Shown: positions 37,329 to 47,936, counted from the stretch's first letter. The stretch is DNA of 64,000 nucleotides from a virus (IMGVR_UViG_3300012344_000011:75825-139824), one strand, 5' to 3'. Translations and numbers: made by a program. The notes: a model not told the origin generated them from the sequence alone.

Positions 37329-37628
37329 ATGAAAATGACCAACGAAAAGCACGAAGTAACGAATACCCGCTTTGCGGACAATGCTAAAAGCACTTGGGAA
37401 CTTGTTTGGGAAAATTTGCAATTACTTTGCTTAGGGTTGACTATTGCAGGGCAAATTCTTATTGGTGGTTCTTATGTAATTGGGCAAGGCATTTGGCTAG
37501 TTTCTAATGTAATTTGCTTGACCCGTGATTTTGTTCTTCGCCGCCCGATGGCTGACAAAGTAAAGAATGCAGTACTAACCGCAATTACACTAACACTAGT
37601 TATCAATTACTTTTTGGGGATTTTTTAA
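37329..37628 (+). CDS. Small membrane protein
   Basis: Three hydrophobic segments; own promoter and GAGG RBS. Confidence 0.6.
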   Translation: MKMTNEKHEVTNTRFADNAKSTWELVWENLQLLCLGLTIAGQILIGGSYVIGQGIWLVSNVICLTRDFVLRRPMADKVKNAVLTAITLTLVINYFLGIF

Positions 37629-37835
37629 ATCCCCTCTTTTTCATTATCGTGTTTAACAAAGTAAGCGTGAATAGGCGAAAAATTATACACCCGCAACCGT
37701 AAAAAAGTCAAGAAGAATTTTTAAAAATTTTCAATTATTTTTTATTTCCTAAAATATTTTATGTTACAAAGATAGTTGTTGACAAAGAAAAATTATCTGT
37801 TATACTTAAAGAGTAATCCAAGAGAAAGAGAAAAG

Positions 37836-38294
37836 ATGAAAGCGATTTATTTTGATATGGACGGCACTATTTATGACCTTTACAGTGTAAACAATTGGCT
37901 TTGTTTATTGGAAAATGAAAATGAAATTGCTTATTCATGCGGCAAACCGCTCTATGATATGGTTGCTCTTAATGCTCTATTGGAGGAATTTGTCTCTATG
38001 GGCGTTACTATTGGAGTCATTACTTGGAACGCAATGAATGGTAGTAAAGAGTTTGGCAAACGTACCCGCGCAATTAAGAAACAGTGGATTGAAAAGAATT
38101 TGCCTTGTGTTAGTGAATTTCATTGTATCAAATATGGCACACCAAAGCAAAGTGTATGCAAAGTAAAAAAGTCTATTCTTATTGACGATAATGCGGAAGT
38201 ACGCGCTGTTTGGAACGGTGAAACGATTGATGCAAACAAAAATATCATGAAAGAGTTAAAAAAACTTCTTGCACTCTTAAAAGAAACGTGCTAA
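37836..38294 (+). CDS. HAD-superfamily phosphatase / 5'-nucleotidase-like
   Basis: IYFDMDGTIYDL motif I and SILIDDN motif IV; TTGACA-N17-TATACT promoter. Confidence 0.8.
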   Translation: MKAIYFDMDGTIYDLYSVNNWLCLLENENEIAYSCGKPLYDMVALNALLEEFVSMGVTIGVITWNAMNGSKEFGKRTRAIKKQWIEKNLPCVSEFHCIKYGTPKQSVCKVKKSILIDDNAEVRAVWNGETIDANKNIMKELKKLLALLKETC

Positions 38295-38333
38295 AATAAC
38301 CTTGTTGGAAAGATAAGAGAAAGGAAACCAACA

Positions 38334-38516
38334 ATGCGTGACCCTGAAAGAATTGACAAGTTTTGCGAAGAGCTTGCGGTGCAATGGCACAAAGTACCTG
38401 ATTGGCGTTTTGGGCAATTGATTAATAACGTTATCGGAACAATGGCAAAGAAAGATATTTTCTTTATTGAAGATGATGAAATGATAAGTTTCTTTGAAGA
38501 TTATTTCAAGGAATAA
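38334..38516 (+). CDS. Small conserved phage protein (YihD/DUF1040-like)
   Basis: MRDPERID...W..VPDWRFGQL. Confidence 0.6.
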   Translation: MRDPERIDKFCEELAVQWHKVPDWRFGQLINNVIGTMAKKDIFFIEDDEMISFFEDYFKE

Positions 38517-38670
38517 AAAGAGCGGGTATTGCTTAAGCAATATCCGCTTTATTTTTTCATAACTAACTAAAACACCAAGGCAGGGCGAAAAAATTATATC
38601 ACACCTGAGAAGAAAAATCAAGCAAATTCTAAAAAATTTTTGAAAAATTTTTTGTTCCTGAAATAGATCG

Positions 38671-39826
38671 TGTTACGAAAATATTTTTAGTAACACTGAG
38701 AAAGCTATTGACAAGGCTACTAAGATTTAGTATTATACATAATGTAAGTTAGCCAAGAGAAAGGAAAAAAGATATGGCTACTAAGAACGCACCTGTTGTA
38801 ATGATTGAGGTTGACGGCGTAGAAGTACGCTTGACGAACGCGCTAATGATGGAATACGCAGTTGACGCCTTGCGCAAGGTTGACGCACCTGAAGCAGTGA
38901 TTGAAAAGGCTACTATGCACCTTGCACAGTTGACCAAGGGAAAGAGTGGAGAAAAGAAAGAGACTGAAAAGCATAAGGAAAATGTAGCTCTTGCAAAGCG
39001 TATTCTTGCGGCTATGCCTGATAGTGAACCTGTTACGGGTGCTTGGATTGTGGAGAACGTGGAAGGCGTTGTTTCTTCGCAACGTTGTACTGCTATTATG
39101 AAAATTCTTGTTGAAAATGACCTGGTGGTGAAAATTCCTAAAGTGGAGGGTAGCCGCTTGGGTTATCAAAAAAAGTAAAAATTAAGTGAAAGCTTGCGGG
39201 CGGGGTAGCGAAAGCGCCCTGCCTGGGCGAAAAATTATACTACGCCCGCCGCAAAAAGTCAAGAGTTTTTTTTGAGAATTTTTATTTGTGTTTTTTTCCT
39301 GAAAAAATTTTTTCTAAAAGTTCTTGCTTTCTCTTGGGCGTTGTGGTAGAATGTAAGGATCGTCGATTGCGGCTGGTGTTACGATTTTAGGGATCGTAAC
39401 ATGTGAGGTTTCTGTGAAGGAGAAATTTTTTGAGAAAGTTCTTGCAATTAGATATGACCCATGGTATCATGTATCTAGAAACAAACAAGGACAACGCGCA
39501 GCCTCTCGCGGAAGCGGTTAGGGAAGTCTGTCATTTTTTTTATGTAGATTTTATGTTTTTTATGTGTACCTATTTGTGAATGTTTTGTGAAGATTCTTCA
39601 TTCGTGGTTGACAAGCTACCCCTAGTTGGGCGAAAAATTATAATACGCGCCTTGAAAAAATGCAAGAACTATTTTTACAAATTGAGAAATTCTTATTTTG
39701 CCCACATGTTACGTTTTCAACGATCGTAACAAGTGTTACGTTTTCAACGATCGTAACATGTTACAAAACATAGCATATTTTATATTACAAACTACGATCA
39801 GTGTTACGAAAAAACTTTTAGTAACA
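38671..39826. promoter_or_regulatory. Five TGTTAC-N13-GTAACA operator-like palindromes
   Basis: At 38671, 39377, 39707, 39734 and 39802; two lie 12 bp upstream of TTGACA -35 boxes. Confidence 0.75.
38774..39178 (+). CDS. Winged-helix DNA-binding protein, paralog 1
   Basis: ENVALAKRIL..PVTGAWIVENVEGVVSSQRCTAIMKILVE..KIPKV..GY. Confidence 0.65.
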   Translation: MATKNAPVVMIEVDGVEVRLTNALMMEYAVDALRKVDAPEAVIEKATMHLAQLTKGKSGEKKETEKHKENVALAKRILAAMPDSEPVTGAWIVENVEGVVSSQRCTAIMKILVENDLVVKIPKVEGSRLGYQKK

Positions 39827-39900
39827 TTGAAAAAAGTATTGACACCAAAGCGCAAACGGCTATAATGAATAATATCAGTTAGCGAAGAGAAAGCAGAACC

Positions 39901-40602
39901 ATGAAACCCTATGTAGTAATTGACACGGAGACCGCGCCTGAGCCTTGGTTTGATAAAAACCATATGGACAAGACTTCACTTGTCTATGATTTGGGCTATA
40001 TCATTACAGACGGGGAAACCGTCTTGTGCGAGCGTTCGTTTGTTATCGCGGAAACTTTCTATAATGACGCAATGATGAATAGCGCATATTTTGCGGACAA
40101 GCTTCCGCAATATCGCACGGGACTTGGTAAAGAGTGGGAAGTTGTTTCATTCTTGACCGCTTGGGAAACCGTTAAAAACGACTGCAAAGAGTTTGGCGTA
40201 AAAGACGTTTACGCCTATAACGCAAGGTTTGACCGCAACGTTCTCAATCATACGATTGAAACCTATTCCAAAGGTTTTGTGAAGTTCTTTTTTCCCTATA
40301 AACTTCGCATTAAGGATATATGGACAATGGCGGGAAAAACAATTTGTGCAACAAAGAAGTTCGTTAAATATTGCGTTGAAAACGGTTATATGACGGACAA
40401 GGGAAACCCAAGCACGAACGCAGAAATTGTGTATCGCTATATAACGAAAGATAGCGAATTTATTGAGGCTCATACTGCCCTGCAAGATGCAATGATTGAA
40501 AATGAGATATTGAAGAAAGTTCGCAAGCGTCACCAAAAGACGGACACTAAGCCGAACGGTACGGGATGGCGCGCTGCAAGTACCATAAAAAAGAGCCTAT
40601 AA
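39901..40602 (+). CDS. DEDDh 3'-5' exonuclease
   Basis: VIDTETA, AYNARFD, HTALQDAMIE. Confidence 0.85.
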   Translation: MKPYVVIDTETAPEPWFDKNHMDKTSLVYDLGYIITDGETVLCERSFVIAETFYNDAMMNSAYFADKLPQYRTGLGKEWEVVSFLTAWETVKNDCKEFGVKDVYAYNARFDRNVLNHTIETYSKGFVKFFFPYKLRIKDIWTMAGKTICATKKFVKYCVENGYMTDKGNPSTNAEIVYRYITKDSEFIEAHTALQDAMIENEILKKVRKRHQKTDTKPNGTGWRAASTIKKSL

Positions 40603-40928
40603 GAAAATAGGGGTTGCTTCAAAAAGAAGCAACCCCCCGCCCAAGAGAAAAGAGGAAAATATGTTTTGCCTAAGTGATATTTATAACCGTCTTGACCCCG
40701 CTTGGTTTGATAGTAAAGACGCGCTAATTGCGGAAATTGAAGCACTCAAGCAAGAGGGTTATTCAATGAGCGAATTTGAGATTTATGTACCTTGCTCAAT
40801 AGAAAAATTCTTGAGTTTGTCGTAAAAAAGTCTTGCACCAAGTATCAACCTATGTTATCATGTTAGACAACAAGGGATAAGAAAACACCACGAACGCGCT
40901 TTCCCTTGAGCGCAAGAAAGAGGAAATT

Positions 40929-41303
40929 ATGGCCATGAACACTGTAACCCGCATTGACGTTTTGACCGCTATCATTGCCAAGGATTGGGACTTTTTGAGC
41001 AGTGAAGACGCGCAAACCGTAGCAAGCAAGATGCTTGCAAGCCTTGAGAAAGCACGTGACAAGGCGGATAAAAAAGCGACAACCCCAAGTAAAGCGGCTT
41101 TGGAAAACGAAAAGCTTGCCCATGACGTTGCAATGATTATGCCTGAAAATGAGATAGTTTTGACCTCTTGGATTATGGAACGTGTGAAGGGGATTGCGAC
41201 CCCGCAAAAATGCACTAAGGTTATGGCGGTACTCATCGCAAAAAATCGCGTTGAAAAAATCGCGAAAGTGAAGGGTAAGTATGTAGGTTACAAATTGATT
41301 TAG
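40929..41303 (+). CDS. Winged-helix DNA-binding protein, paralog 2
   Basis: PSKAALENEKLAHDVAMIMPENEIVLTSWIMERVKGIATPQKCT. Confidence 0.65.
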   Translation: MAMNTVTRIDVLTAIIAKDWDFLSSEDAQTVASKMLASLEKARDKADKKATTPSKAALENEKLAHDVAMIMPENEIVLTSWIMERVKGIATPQKCTKVMAVLIAKNRVEKIAKVKGKYVGYKLI

Positions 41304-42167
41304 TGTAACACTTACTCAATGAGTAATAGACTTCCTAGCAATAGGAAGTCTATTATTTTTTACAAAAAGTTGTTGACAGTCTAAGAGTGAACTGGTAAAA
41401 TTCCGCCCGCCTGTGGTCAAGTGCTCGTAGCAAGATAGAAAACGGCTTTCCAAGAGAAAGAGAAGAGAACAAGAACATTTGTTTCTATTGGAGAAATCCT
41501 GAAACACTATATAGCCTATTGGAGAAAGTGCGGCTAATAGCTTATACAAAATTCACGATCATCACTAATAATTCACAATTGAAAAACAATACAAATAATT
41601 CACAATTGAAAATTTTTGAAAAAAGTTCTTGACACTCCTTATAGAGTAGTGGTAAAATCTCGCCCGCCCAGGATCACATAACCCAGCGCGGGCGTGTTCA
41701 TTATATCACACCCTTGTAAAAAAGTCAAGCAAATTTTTTCAACAACATAAAAAACACAAATCCCAAAAATATTAAGTTGTGTAGATTTTGTGTTTTTTGT
41801 GTAGATTTGTGGTTATCAACACAGTTATCAACAGTGTTAGTAACTTTATCAACAGGTGTTAGTAAAAAATTATCAACAGTGTTGATAACTTATTTGAAAC
41901 TATTGAGATTTTAATTGTGTTTTTTTGTGGTCTTTTGAGCGTAGCGATCAAAGGAGGGCGAAAATTATACCACACCCGCCAAGAAAAGTCAAGAGGTATT
42001 TTTAAAAATTCACAATTTCTTCACATTTTCTGTTTTCCACAATTTGTTGAAAACTTGTTGAAAACTTTTTCAACAGTGTTAGTAATTTTTTCAACAGCTG
42101 TTGAAAATTTATCAACAAAAAAAAGCATCCCTATTTTTAGGGATGCTAGTAGTTCGGCAACTCTGTT

Positions 42168-42434
42168 TTATAGTTTTCTATGTGCGGCGGCTGTTAGTAG
42201 TTGTACTCCGCTCCATGTGAGTGCAACCTTGCGCCCGTTGATATGGTGAGCATCATACCCGCTAAACCTTGCGCGCTGTTTAGACGTTGCTTTTGCGTAT
42301 GCAATAGCACGATGCGTTTTGTAACGCCTACCAAAAAGGGTAATTGTACTGCCCTCCTTGTAGGGGTTAAAACACCCTCTACGGGTGTAACCTGTTTCGT
42401 AGAATGCTACACCGTCAAGAATTGCAAATGGCAC
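42168..42434 (-). CDS. Small HNH-like nuclease
   Basis: KTHRAIA..DAHHING....GVQLLTAAAH; the conserved Asn appears to be missing. Confidence 0.5.
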   Translation of the reverse strand: MPFAILDGVAFYETGYTRRGCFNPYKEGSTITLFGRRYKTHRAIAYAKATSKQRARFSGYDAHHINGRKVALTWSGVQLLTAAAHRKL

Positions 42435-42504
42435 CTAAAACACCCCCCTAGAATCGCTCCTGAATAGTATCAGGGCAGTTTTACCACGTGCCCGGGTGGG
42501 TTGA

Positions 42505-42891
42505 CTAAATCAGTTTATAGCCAACATACCCCTTTTGGAAGTTAGGCACTTTTTCCACGCGCCCCTTTTCTAGCAACACGCGCATAATAGCGGTGCACTT
42601 TTGGGGGGTAGTAATGCCTTTAACATGTTCCATGACCCATGAAGTCAAAACAGGCTCACCCTCAGGCATGACCATGGCAACTTCATGAGCAAGTTGACTG
42701 TTTTCAATAGAAGCCTTGGACGGCTTTTTATCAGGCTTTTTGCTCAAAGAAACCAACATCTTTTGTGCAACTTCCACGTATTCAGACGCGGGTAAAGCAG
42801 TAAGTTCGGCTAACATGTTTTCAGCTTCCAAAAGTTCAAAAGCTTTAACAGCCAACTCAATCATTGCAACGCGTGTAACAGTCTTTTTCAT
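42505..42891 (-). CDS. Winged-helix DNA-binding protein, paralog 3
   Basis: Close to 40929..41303 (PSKASIENSQLAHEVAMVMPEGEPVLTSWVMEHVKGITTPQKCT..YVGYKLI); GAGAAAGG RBS before MKKTVTR. Confidence 0.7.
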   Translation of the reverse strand: MKKTVTRVAMIELAVKAFELLEAENMLAELTALPASEYVEVAQKMLVSLSKKPDKKPSKASIENSQLAHEVAMVMPEGEPVLTSWVMEHVKGITTPQKCTAIMRVLLEKGRVEKVPNFQKGYVGYKLI

Positions 42892-43562
42892 GGTAGAACC
42901 TTTCTCGCCCCTGTCAGGCGGCGGGGCTGATACGTGGTGTTTGCCTGACAACAACCATTATCCACGGCGCAATACTTTTTGCAACTCGCGTCTGACCTGG
43001 GGCTTTAGACAAAATGCCTGGTCAGAAGCTCAAAAAAAATTCTAAAAAAAAGTTTTCAACACAAGAAAAAAGTTCTCCATAATTTATTGAAAATTTGTTG
43101 AAAACATTATCAACAGCTTATCAACACGTTATTAACGCTGTTAACAATTTTCAACAGCTGTTGAAAAGTTTCAACACTAGGGTAGAGTTACCAACACGTG
43201 TCGATAAGTTTTCCACAAGTTATCAACTTTTCAACAGTATAAGGCTCAGCGCTGGAATCTGGCGATTCCAGCGATTTTTGCGCTGCTGTCAACCAGATTT
43301 TTTGTATAGGCCTATAGGCGCGAATCTCTAGATCTTGAAATCCCAAAACAAATCCCTTCTGTCAAGTTTTTTTTTTTTTTTTAGATATTCAGAATAATTA
43401 TACCACATTTTTGTCCAATAGTCAAGCAAAATATAAAGCTAACACCGCAAATCTTTATAAAAACTATACAATTGTGCGGCAAACTGTCAAGAAAATTTAT
43501 AAAACAGCACAAAAATTACATAAAATAAATCTTTTTTATTCTTATTTGAGGATAATCCGCAT

Positions 43563-43597
43563 AAAAAAAAAGACCTAGGGACACCACACCCTAGGTC
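43563..43597 (-). terminator. Intrinsic terminator
   Basis: GACCTAGGG-loop-CCCTAGGTC followed by a long T-run. Confidence 0.8.
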
Positions 43598-43628
43598 ATT
43601 AAGAAGAGAAAGGAAGGACGAAACCAGC

Positions 43629-44018
43629 TTATGCCTTAGGCTTACGCTTTTTAGACAAAGTGATTTCATACGTATCGTCACCAACTGTAAAACTAACAAT
43701 ACGTTCTACATTAGTAATTGTCACATTATCAGTATTATCAATATCCAAGAGACAAGAATAAAGAGATTGGATCAGCTCTCGTTTGACTTCATCGGGCTGA
43801 CGTTTGCGGCTAGAAGGCTTTTTATTTACAATACCTTCTTGAGCAACTACAAGCTCTGCCGCATACTCATCTTCTTGCATATATCCATTTTCAAAAAGCC
43901 ACTGATCAATGGCGGCTTTGGTGCTGCCCAGCGCATTACGCTTAGTTTTTAGCTCGTTATCAGGAATGTCAACCTTAGTACCTGTTTGGGAGTAGCTCTT
44001 TGGAAGTGTATACAGCAT
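43629..44018 (-). CDS. Hypothetical protein with basic C-terminus
   Basis: 129-aa ORF, RKRQPDEVKRELI..ITNVERIVSF..LSKKRKPK. Confidence 0.6.
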   Translation of the reverse strand: MLYTLPKSYSQTGTKVDIPDNELKTKRNALGSTKAAIDQWLFENGYMQEDEYAAELVVAQEGIVNKKPSSRKRQPDEVKRELIQSLYSCLLDIDNTDNVTITNVERIVSFTVGDDTYEITLSKKRKPKA

Positions 44019-44094
44019 ATGTTATACTCTTTTCTATGTTGAAAGGTGGTGCGGCAGACCTGCCCGCTGCCGCTCGGGAGTTACTAAGTAACCT

Positions 44095-44466
44095 TTAGGC
44101 GATAACGTAAGCGTTAGCTCCTTTACCATTACCTTCGATCTTGATAGCAAGATCCTGCTTTACCAAACCACGCAAACGAGCAGAAGCCTTCTGAGTAGAT
44201 ACACCCATTGCTTCACCTACAGCCTTAGCGGTGTAAGCTGCTCCATCCTGAGCCAGGAAAGAGAGGATAGCCTTGTCAAGCTCAATATCCTCAGGCTTAG
44301 GCGCTGCCTTGGTCTTAGACTTGGAGTGAGTCATTGCTTTACGCTCAAGCAAGAATGCCTTAGCATCTGCTACAGTGAAACCCGGGATTGCCTGCGGCTC
44401 ACGTCCTTCCAGCAAATCAACGGTTGCCTGGAACTTCATTGCGAGGGTGATCGTCTTATCTGCCAT
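44095..44466 (-). CDS. Winged-helix DNA-binding protein, paralog 4
   Basis: YTAKAVGEAMGVSTQKASARLRGLVKQDLAIKI. Confidence 0.7.
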   Translation of the reverse strand: MADKTITLAMKFQATVDLLEGREPQAIPGFTVADAKAFLLERKAMTHSKSKTKAAPKPEDIELDKAILSFLAQDGAAYTAKAVGEAMGVSTQKASARLRGLVKQDLAIKIEGNGKGANAYVIA

Positions 44467-45313
44467 ATCTGGCTCCTTTTCTGCGCATCTGCGCTGTCTC
44501 GTTTGGTTGGCTCAGCCCTTTGCCTTGCTCAACCGGGAGGACTTCCCAATCCGTCTTCCCTTTCTTATATTAATATTATATCATATTTTCAAAGCTGTTG
44601 TCAACCAATTTCTTTAGGCTGGCTCAGCTCCAAGAGAGAAGTAAGTAAGGAAAGGAAATAACTCTTTATCTCTCTCAACCTTACCTTTATACTATATCAT
44701 AAATGCGGGCCGGCTGTCAACTAATTCTCTAAGACGCCCGGCCGCAAAAGCTAAAACCGCATTTCAATATATAAAAACTAAAATTCAAATTTCAGATTTG
44801 AAAATAAAAACTAAAATTCAAATTTGAAAATGAAAATTCAAAAATGAAAATTGAATTTCGGGAATGAAAATTGTAGTTAGGATTCCTAAAATTTCTTGAC
44901 AAAAATGAATAATTTTTCAAAAATGTAAAAAAGTGGTATCAAAAAGCATATTTCACCTATTGTTTTGTTCCACCAAAAAGCATCTTTCACCTATCATTTT
45001 TTTTTGATACCCGAGATTTCGGGAAAATAGCTATTTTTAGCTCTTCTCCTGTCTCAGAGTTCATCACTACAGCCTGGATTTCGGATGCTTGTCCCTGTGA
45101 ATTGCGGCACAGCTGACCCGGAAATCTGAAGAACGCCCGGCCGCATCCACAAAAATTTTTTGACAAAATTGAATAATCCAAAGCGTACAATTTTCAAATA
45201 AGAAAAAAAACTTTTTTAGCTTCAAGCTACCTTTTACTTACCTCTTGGATAGCTAAAAAATATCGAACAAATGTATGCTAAAAACATAACTTTAGCTCTC
45301 CTATTTTTCCATT

Positions 45314-45829
45314 ATAGGCATTTACACAGGAATCGCTTTTTACGCTCATTTCAGAGCTTCTTTTAGCTTGAAAAAAGCTTGATTTTAGCTTGCTTTTTTA
45401 AAGATGCTCACAATTTCCAGAGAATTTTTTTTAGCTTTTTACCCAAGCATAAAAGCTACCTTGACTAAGCGAGTTTTGCGTCAGCAAAACGAAGCGTAGT
45501 AGCATTGAGCGAACGGAACGCAGTGTAGCGAGCGATAATGCTACTAAGGAGCGCAGCGTTAGCGTAGCTCCAAGCGCACCCTTAATGCTTAGCATAATGT
45601 AGCTTTTAGCATAGTATAAAATAGCTTATCCAAGTTAGCTAAAAATAGCTGCTAAAAATTATGCTAAAAATCTATGCTAAAAGCTTAAAAGAAGCTCTGA
45701 AAATATCCTCTCATAGACATTTACACACAAGTCGCTTTTTACGCTCATTTCAGGCTTGATTTGCATATGAAAAAAGCATCATTTTTAGCTTGATTTTTCA
45801 AGGGGCGCCAAATTTCCAGAGAATTTTTT
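45314..45829. repeat. ~115-bp imperfect direct repeats flanking an ssi-like multi-hairpin element (45463-45575)
   Basis: CATTTACAC..TCGCTTTTTACGCTCATTTCAG..TTTCCAGAGAATTTTTTT at ~45314 and ~45713; hairpins GTTTTGC/GCAAAAC, TAGTAGCATT/AATGCTACTA, GGAGC/GCTCC. Confidence 0.7.
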
Positions 45830-46139
45830 TATGCTTGGAGCCTGAGCGAGATTTCCCTGCTAAAAAGTGAACCCCTTGACAAGCTGTAAATATAGTCACT
45901 CTCACACCAAACTATAAAGTATGAAACAAGCTATTTGTTACCATCTTCCTTACGCCTATAAGCATTGATACAGAAGCCTACACATTCTCGCACAAAGGTT
46001 GGCACAGTAACACCCTTTTTACCTGCCCAGTACGACCACAGCTCTTTTAGCTCAGGTGTAACTGGTACGCTCACTCTTTCAGTATACTCTGTCGCCATAA
46101 AAATTTCCTTTCACAAAAATGAAAATCCCAATTATCTAT

Positions 46140-46377
46140 TTATAGAAGTATAAATTTATTATATACAACTATTATACTATTATATAATTATTATACTACT
46201 ATATATATAACTAATATACTATTATATAAATATACTAAAATAAAATTCTATATCTTATTATTTATTATATTTATATTATTTATATTATTTCTCCCTTGAT
46301 TATCAAGACAAGATTGTCTTGATTATCAAGACAAGATTCCCTTGATTATCAAGATAACCCTTATCTTGATTATCAAG
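46140..46377. other. Probable replication origin: AT-rich tract plus four palindromic iterons
   Basis: CTTGATTATCAAG at 46295, 46318, 46341 and 46365 (23/23/24-bp spacing) beside a ~150-bp nearly pure A/T tract. Confidence 0.7.
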
Positions 46378-46711
46378 ACAACCCATTTTTTCCGTTACGA
46401 AAAAAGTTATACCAAGGCGTTCCTTCAACTTGCACTAAGTAACCTTTCTCAATAAGCTTCTTCACCGCATTCTTATAAGCACTTTCACCCAAGCCAATAT
46501 GCTCGCTTACATCAGCTTTACTTAATCCAAATTGATAACCATTAGCATTACATGCTATATACTGCCATAGCATATAAGCATTGCCACCTAAATCCCGCAT
46601 AACCGCAAAACACAAATCATTGTTCTCTGAAAAGAATGGAGCTTCAACTCTGCTAGGAGAATGCACGTTGATACCAATTTGATTGTTATATAATTTTACC
46701 ATTGGTATCAC
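46370..46711 (-). CDS. HTH protein, candidate replication initiator
   Basis: AYMLWQYIA..LSKADVSEHIGLGESAYKNAVKKLIEKGYL; ends TGA-TAA inside the iteron at 46365. Confidence 0.6.
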
Positions 46712-47148
46712 CTATCTAGAAAAAAATTTTTTTCTCCATAACTCACCGAAACTCAACCAAGTCCTTACCCCTGCTTATAACTAACGCTATACACTACTCT
46801 ACACCCATGCATTATCACCAACTTACAATGCAACCGCATTACCCACTTATATGCCGCAATATCTGCCAATCGCACCGTGCCGCACTCCTCAAGCTCTTCA
46901 CCAGTATCAGCTACACATACCATATACATAAGCATTCTCCTCTAATCATACGATCGGCATAACTTCACGCCTGCGCCTTCTTCTTCCATTTTAGGGTTGT
47001 AGTACCAGCGGTTGAAACTGCTTATGCAACCGTTGCAGAGGTGCTTTTTGTGACCAAAGCAATAGAATATTTTCGGGTGTCGCAGGAAGTATGCCATCAT
47101 GTTCAACTCCACACCTATCGCATCTGTAGACTCTCGTTTAATCACCAT

Positions 47149-47538
47149 CTAGATCAACTTAAAGTCATCATCATTATAAGCAGGACGAGAAGTAATTTCA
47201 CCCTTCCCCGCATACTCTTCTCTTGCTATTGGAGCTTTCCAATCAGGATATTCCCAACCAAAGTGCTCCCTCAACTCATCTTTATACTCACCCGCATCAA
47301 CGATCCCACGATAATAATAATCAAGAACCGCCATTACGAACTCATCTTTCAACATAGCAGTAACGTTATCCCACTCAACTGCTACCCTCTCATAAGCATC
47401 GTCTTTCAAAACAGGAACATCTCCTTTAGGAAACTTTACAATTCCATCATCAGAAAACCACAGGTTCCGCAGCACAGTACCAACTACATCATCTAAGTCA
47501 ATACCCAGGTCATAAAAATCAGCAAAATCAATTACCAT
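47149..47538 (-). CDS. Hypothetical acidic protein
   Basis: ORF with GGAG RBS before MVIDF. Confidence 0.5.
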   Translation of the reverse strand: MVIDFADFYDLGIDLDDVVGTVLRNLWFSDDGIVKFPKGDVPVLKDDAYERVAVEWDNVTAMLKDEFVMAVLDYYYRGIVDAGEYKDELREHFGWEYPDWKAPIAREEYAGKGEITSRPAYNDDDFKLI

Positions 47539-47936
47539 TGCTTCTCTCCGTTCACATAAGCGCACATATAATCATAATAACCATCTGAACGCTCTCACCA
47601 CACTTGAACTTCACAACCATAATACTCACTAGAAACTTCAGTATCATAATAATACTTATACTCGTCTAATGCTTCGCCGCACGCACAGTCATCATTCGCA
47701 ATACAGGTAAGATACATATCGTTCCCTTTCCCTTTCCCTTTACAAGTATATTATACCATATTTTCCTACCTGCCGTCAACTAGTAATGATCACTATCCCT
47801 ATAACCATCAATATCAAGGTTTACTTCGTGATACTCTTTCATGAGCATTTCCATTGCAACTACAAAACTCATTGCTATCCACACAAGATTCATAATGCTC
47901 AAATTGTGACCTTCAAATAACTTCAATATTTACACA

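Larger units (their letters stand above)
34745..41992 (-). promoter_or_regulatory. Family of ~10 minus-strand sigma70-type promoters followed by a TTTCGCCC-like motif
   Basis: Plus-strand GGGCGAAA..TTATA..N17..GTCAA-like copies at ~34745, 34911, 35165, 36015, 37673, 38583, 39224, 39628, 41690, 41956. Confidence 0.7.
41813..43235. repeat. Two clusters of DnaA-box-like 9-mers (41813-42117 and ~43050-43235)
   Basis: TTATCAACA at 41813, 41825, 41846, 41870, 41880 (reverse), 42109, 43107, 43118; TTTTCCACA at 42033 and 43209. Confidence 0.7.

Noticed and set aside
44761-44870. AAAATT/GAAAAT low-complexity tract as a defined repeat family
   Set aside because: A-tract DNA that may bend, but no consistent unit could be defined.
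45314-45829. Direct repeats as DGR template/variable repeats or IS ends
   Set aside because: Differences are not adenine-specific, the repeats are non-coding, and there is no reverse transcriptase or transposase in the window.
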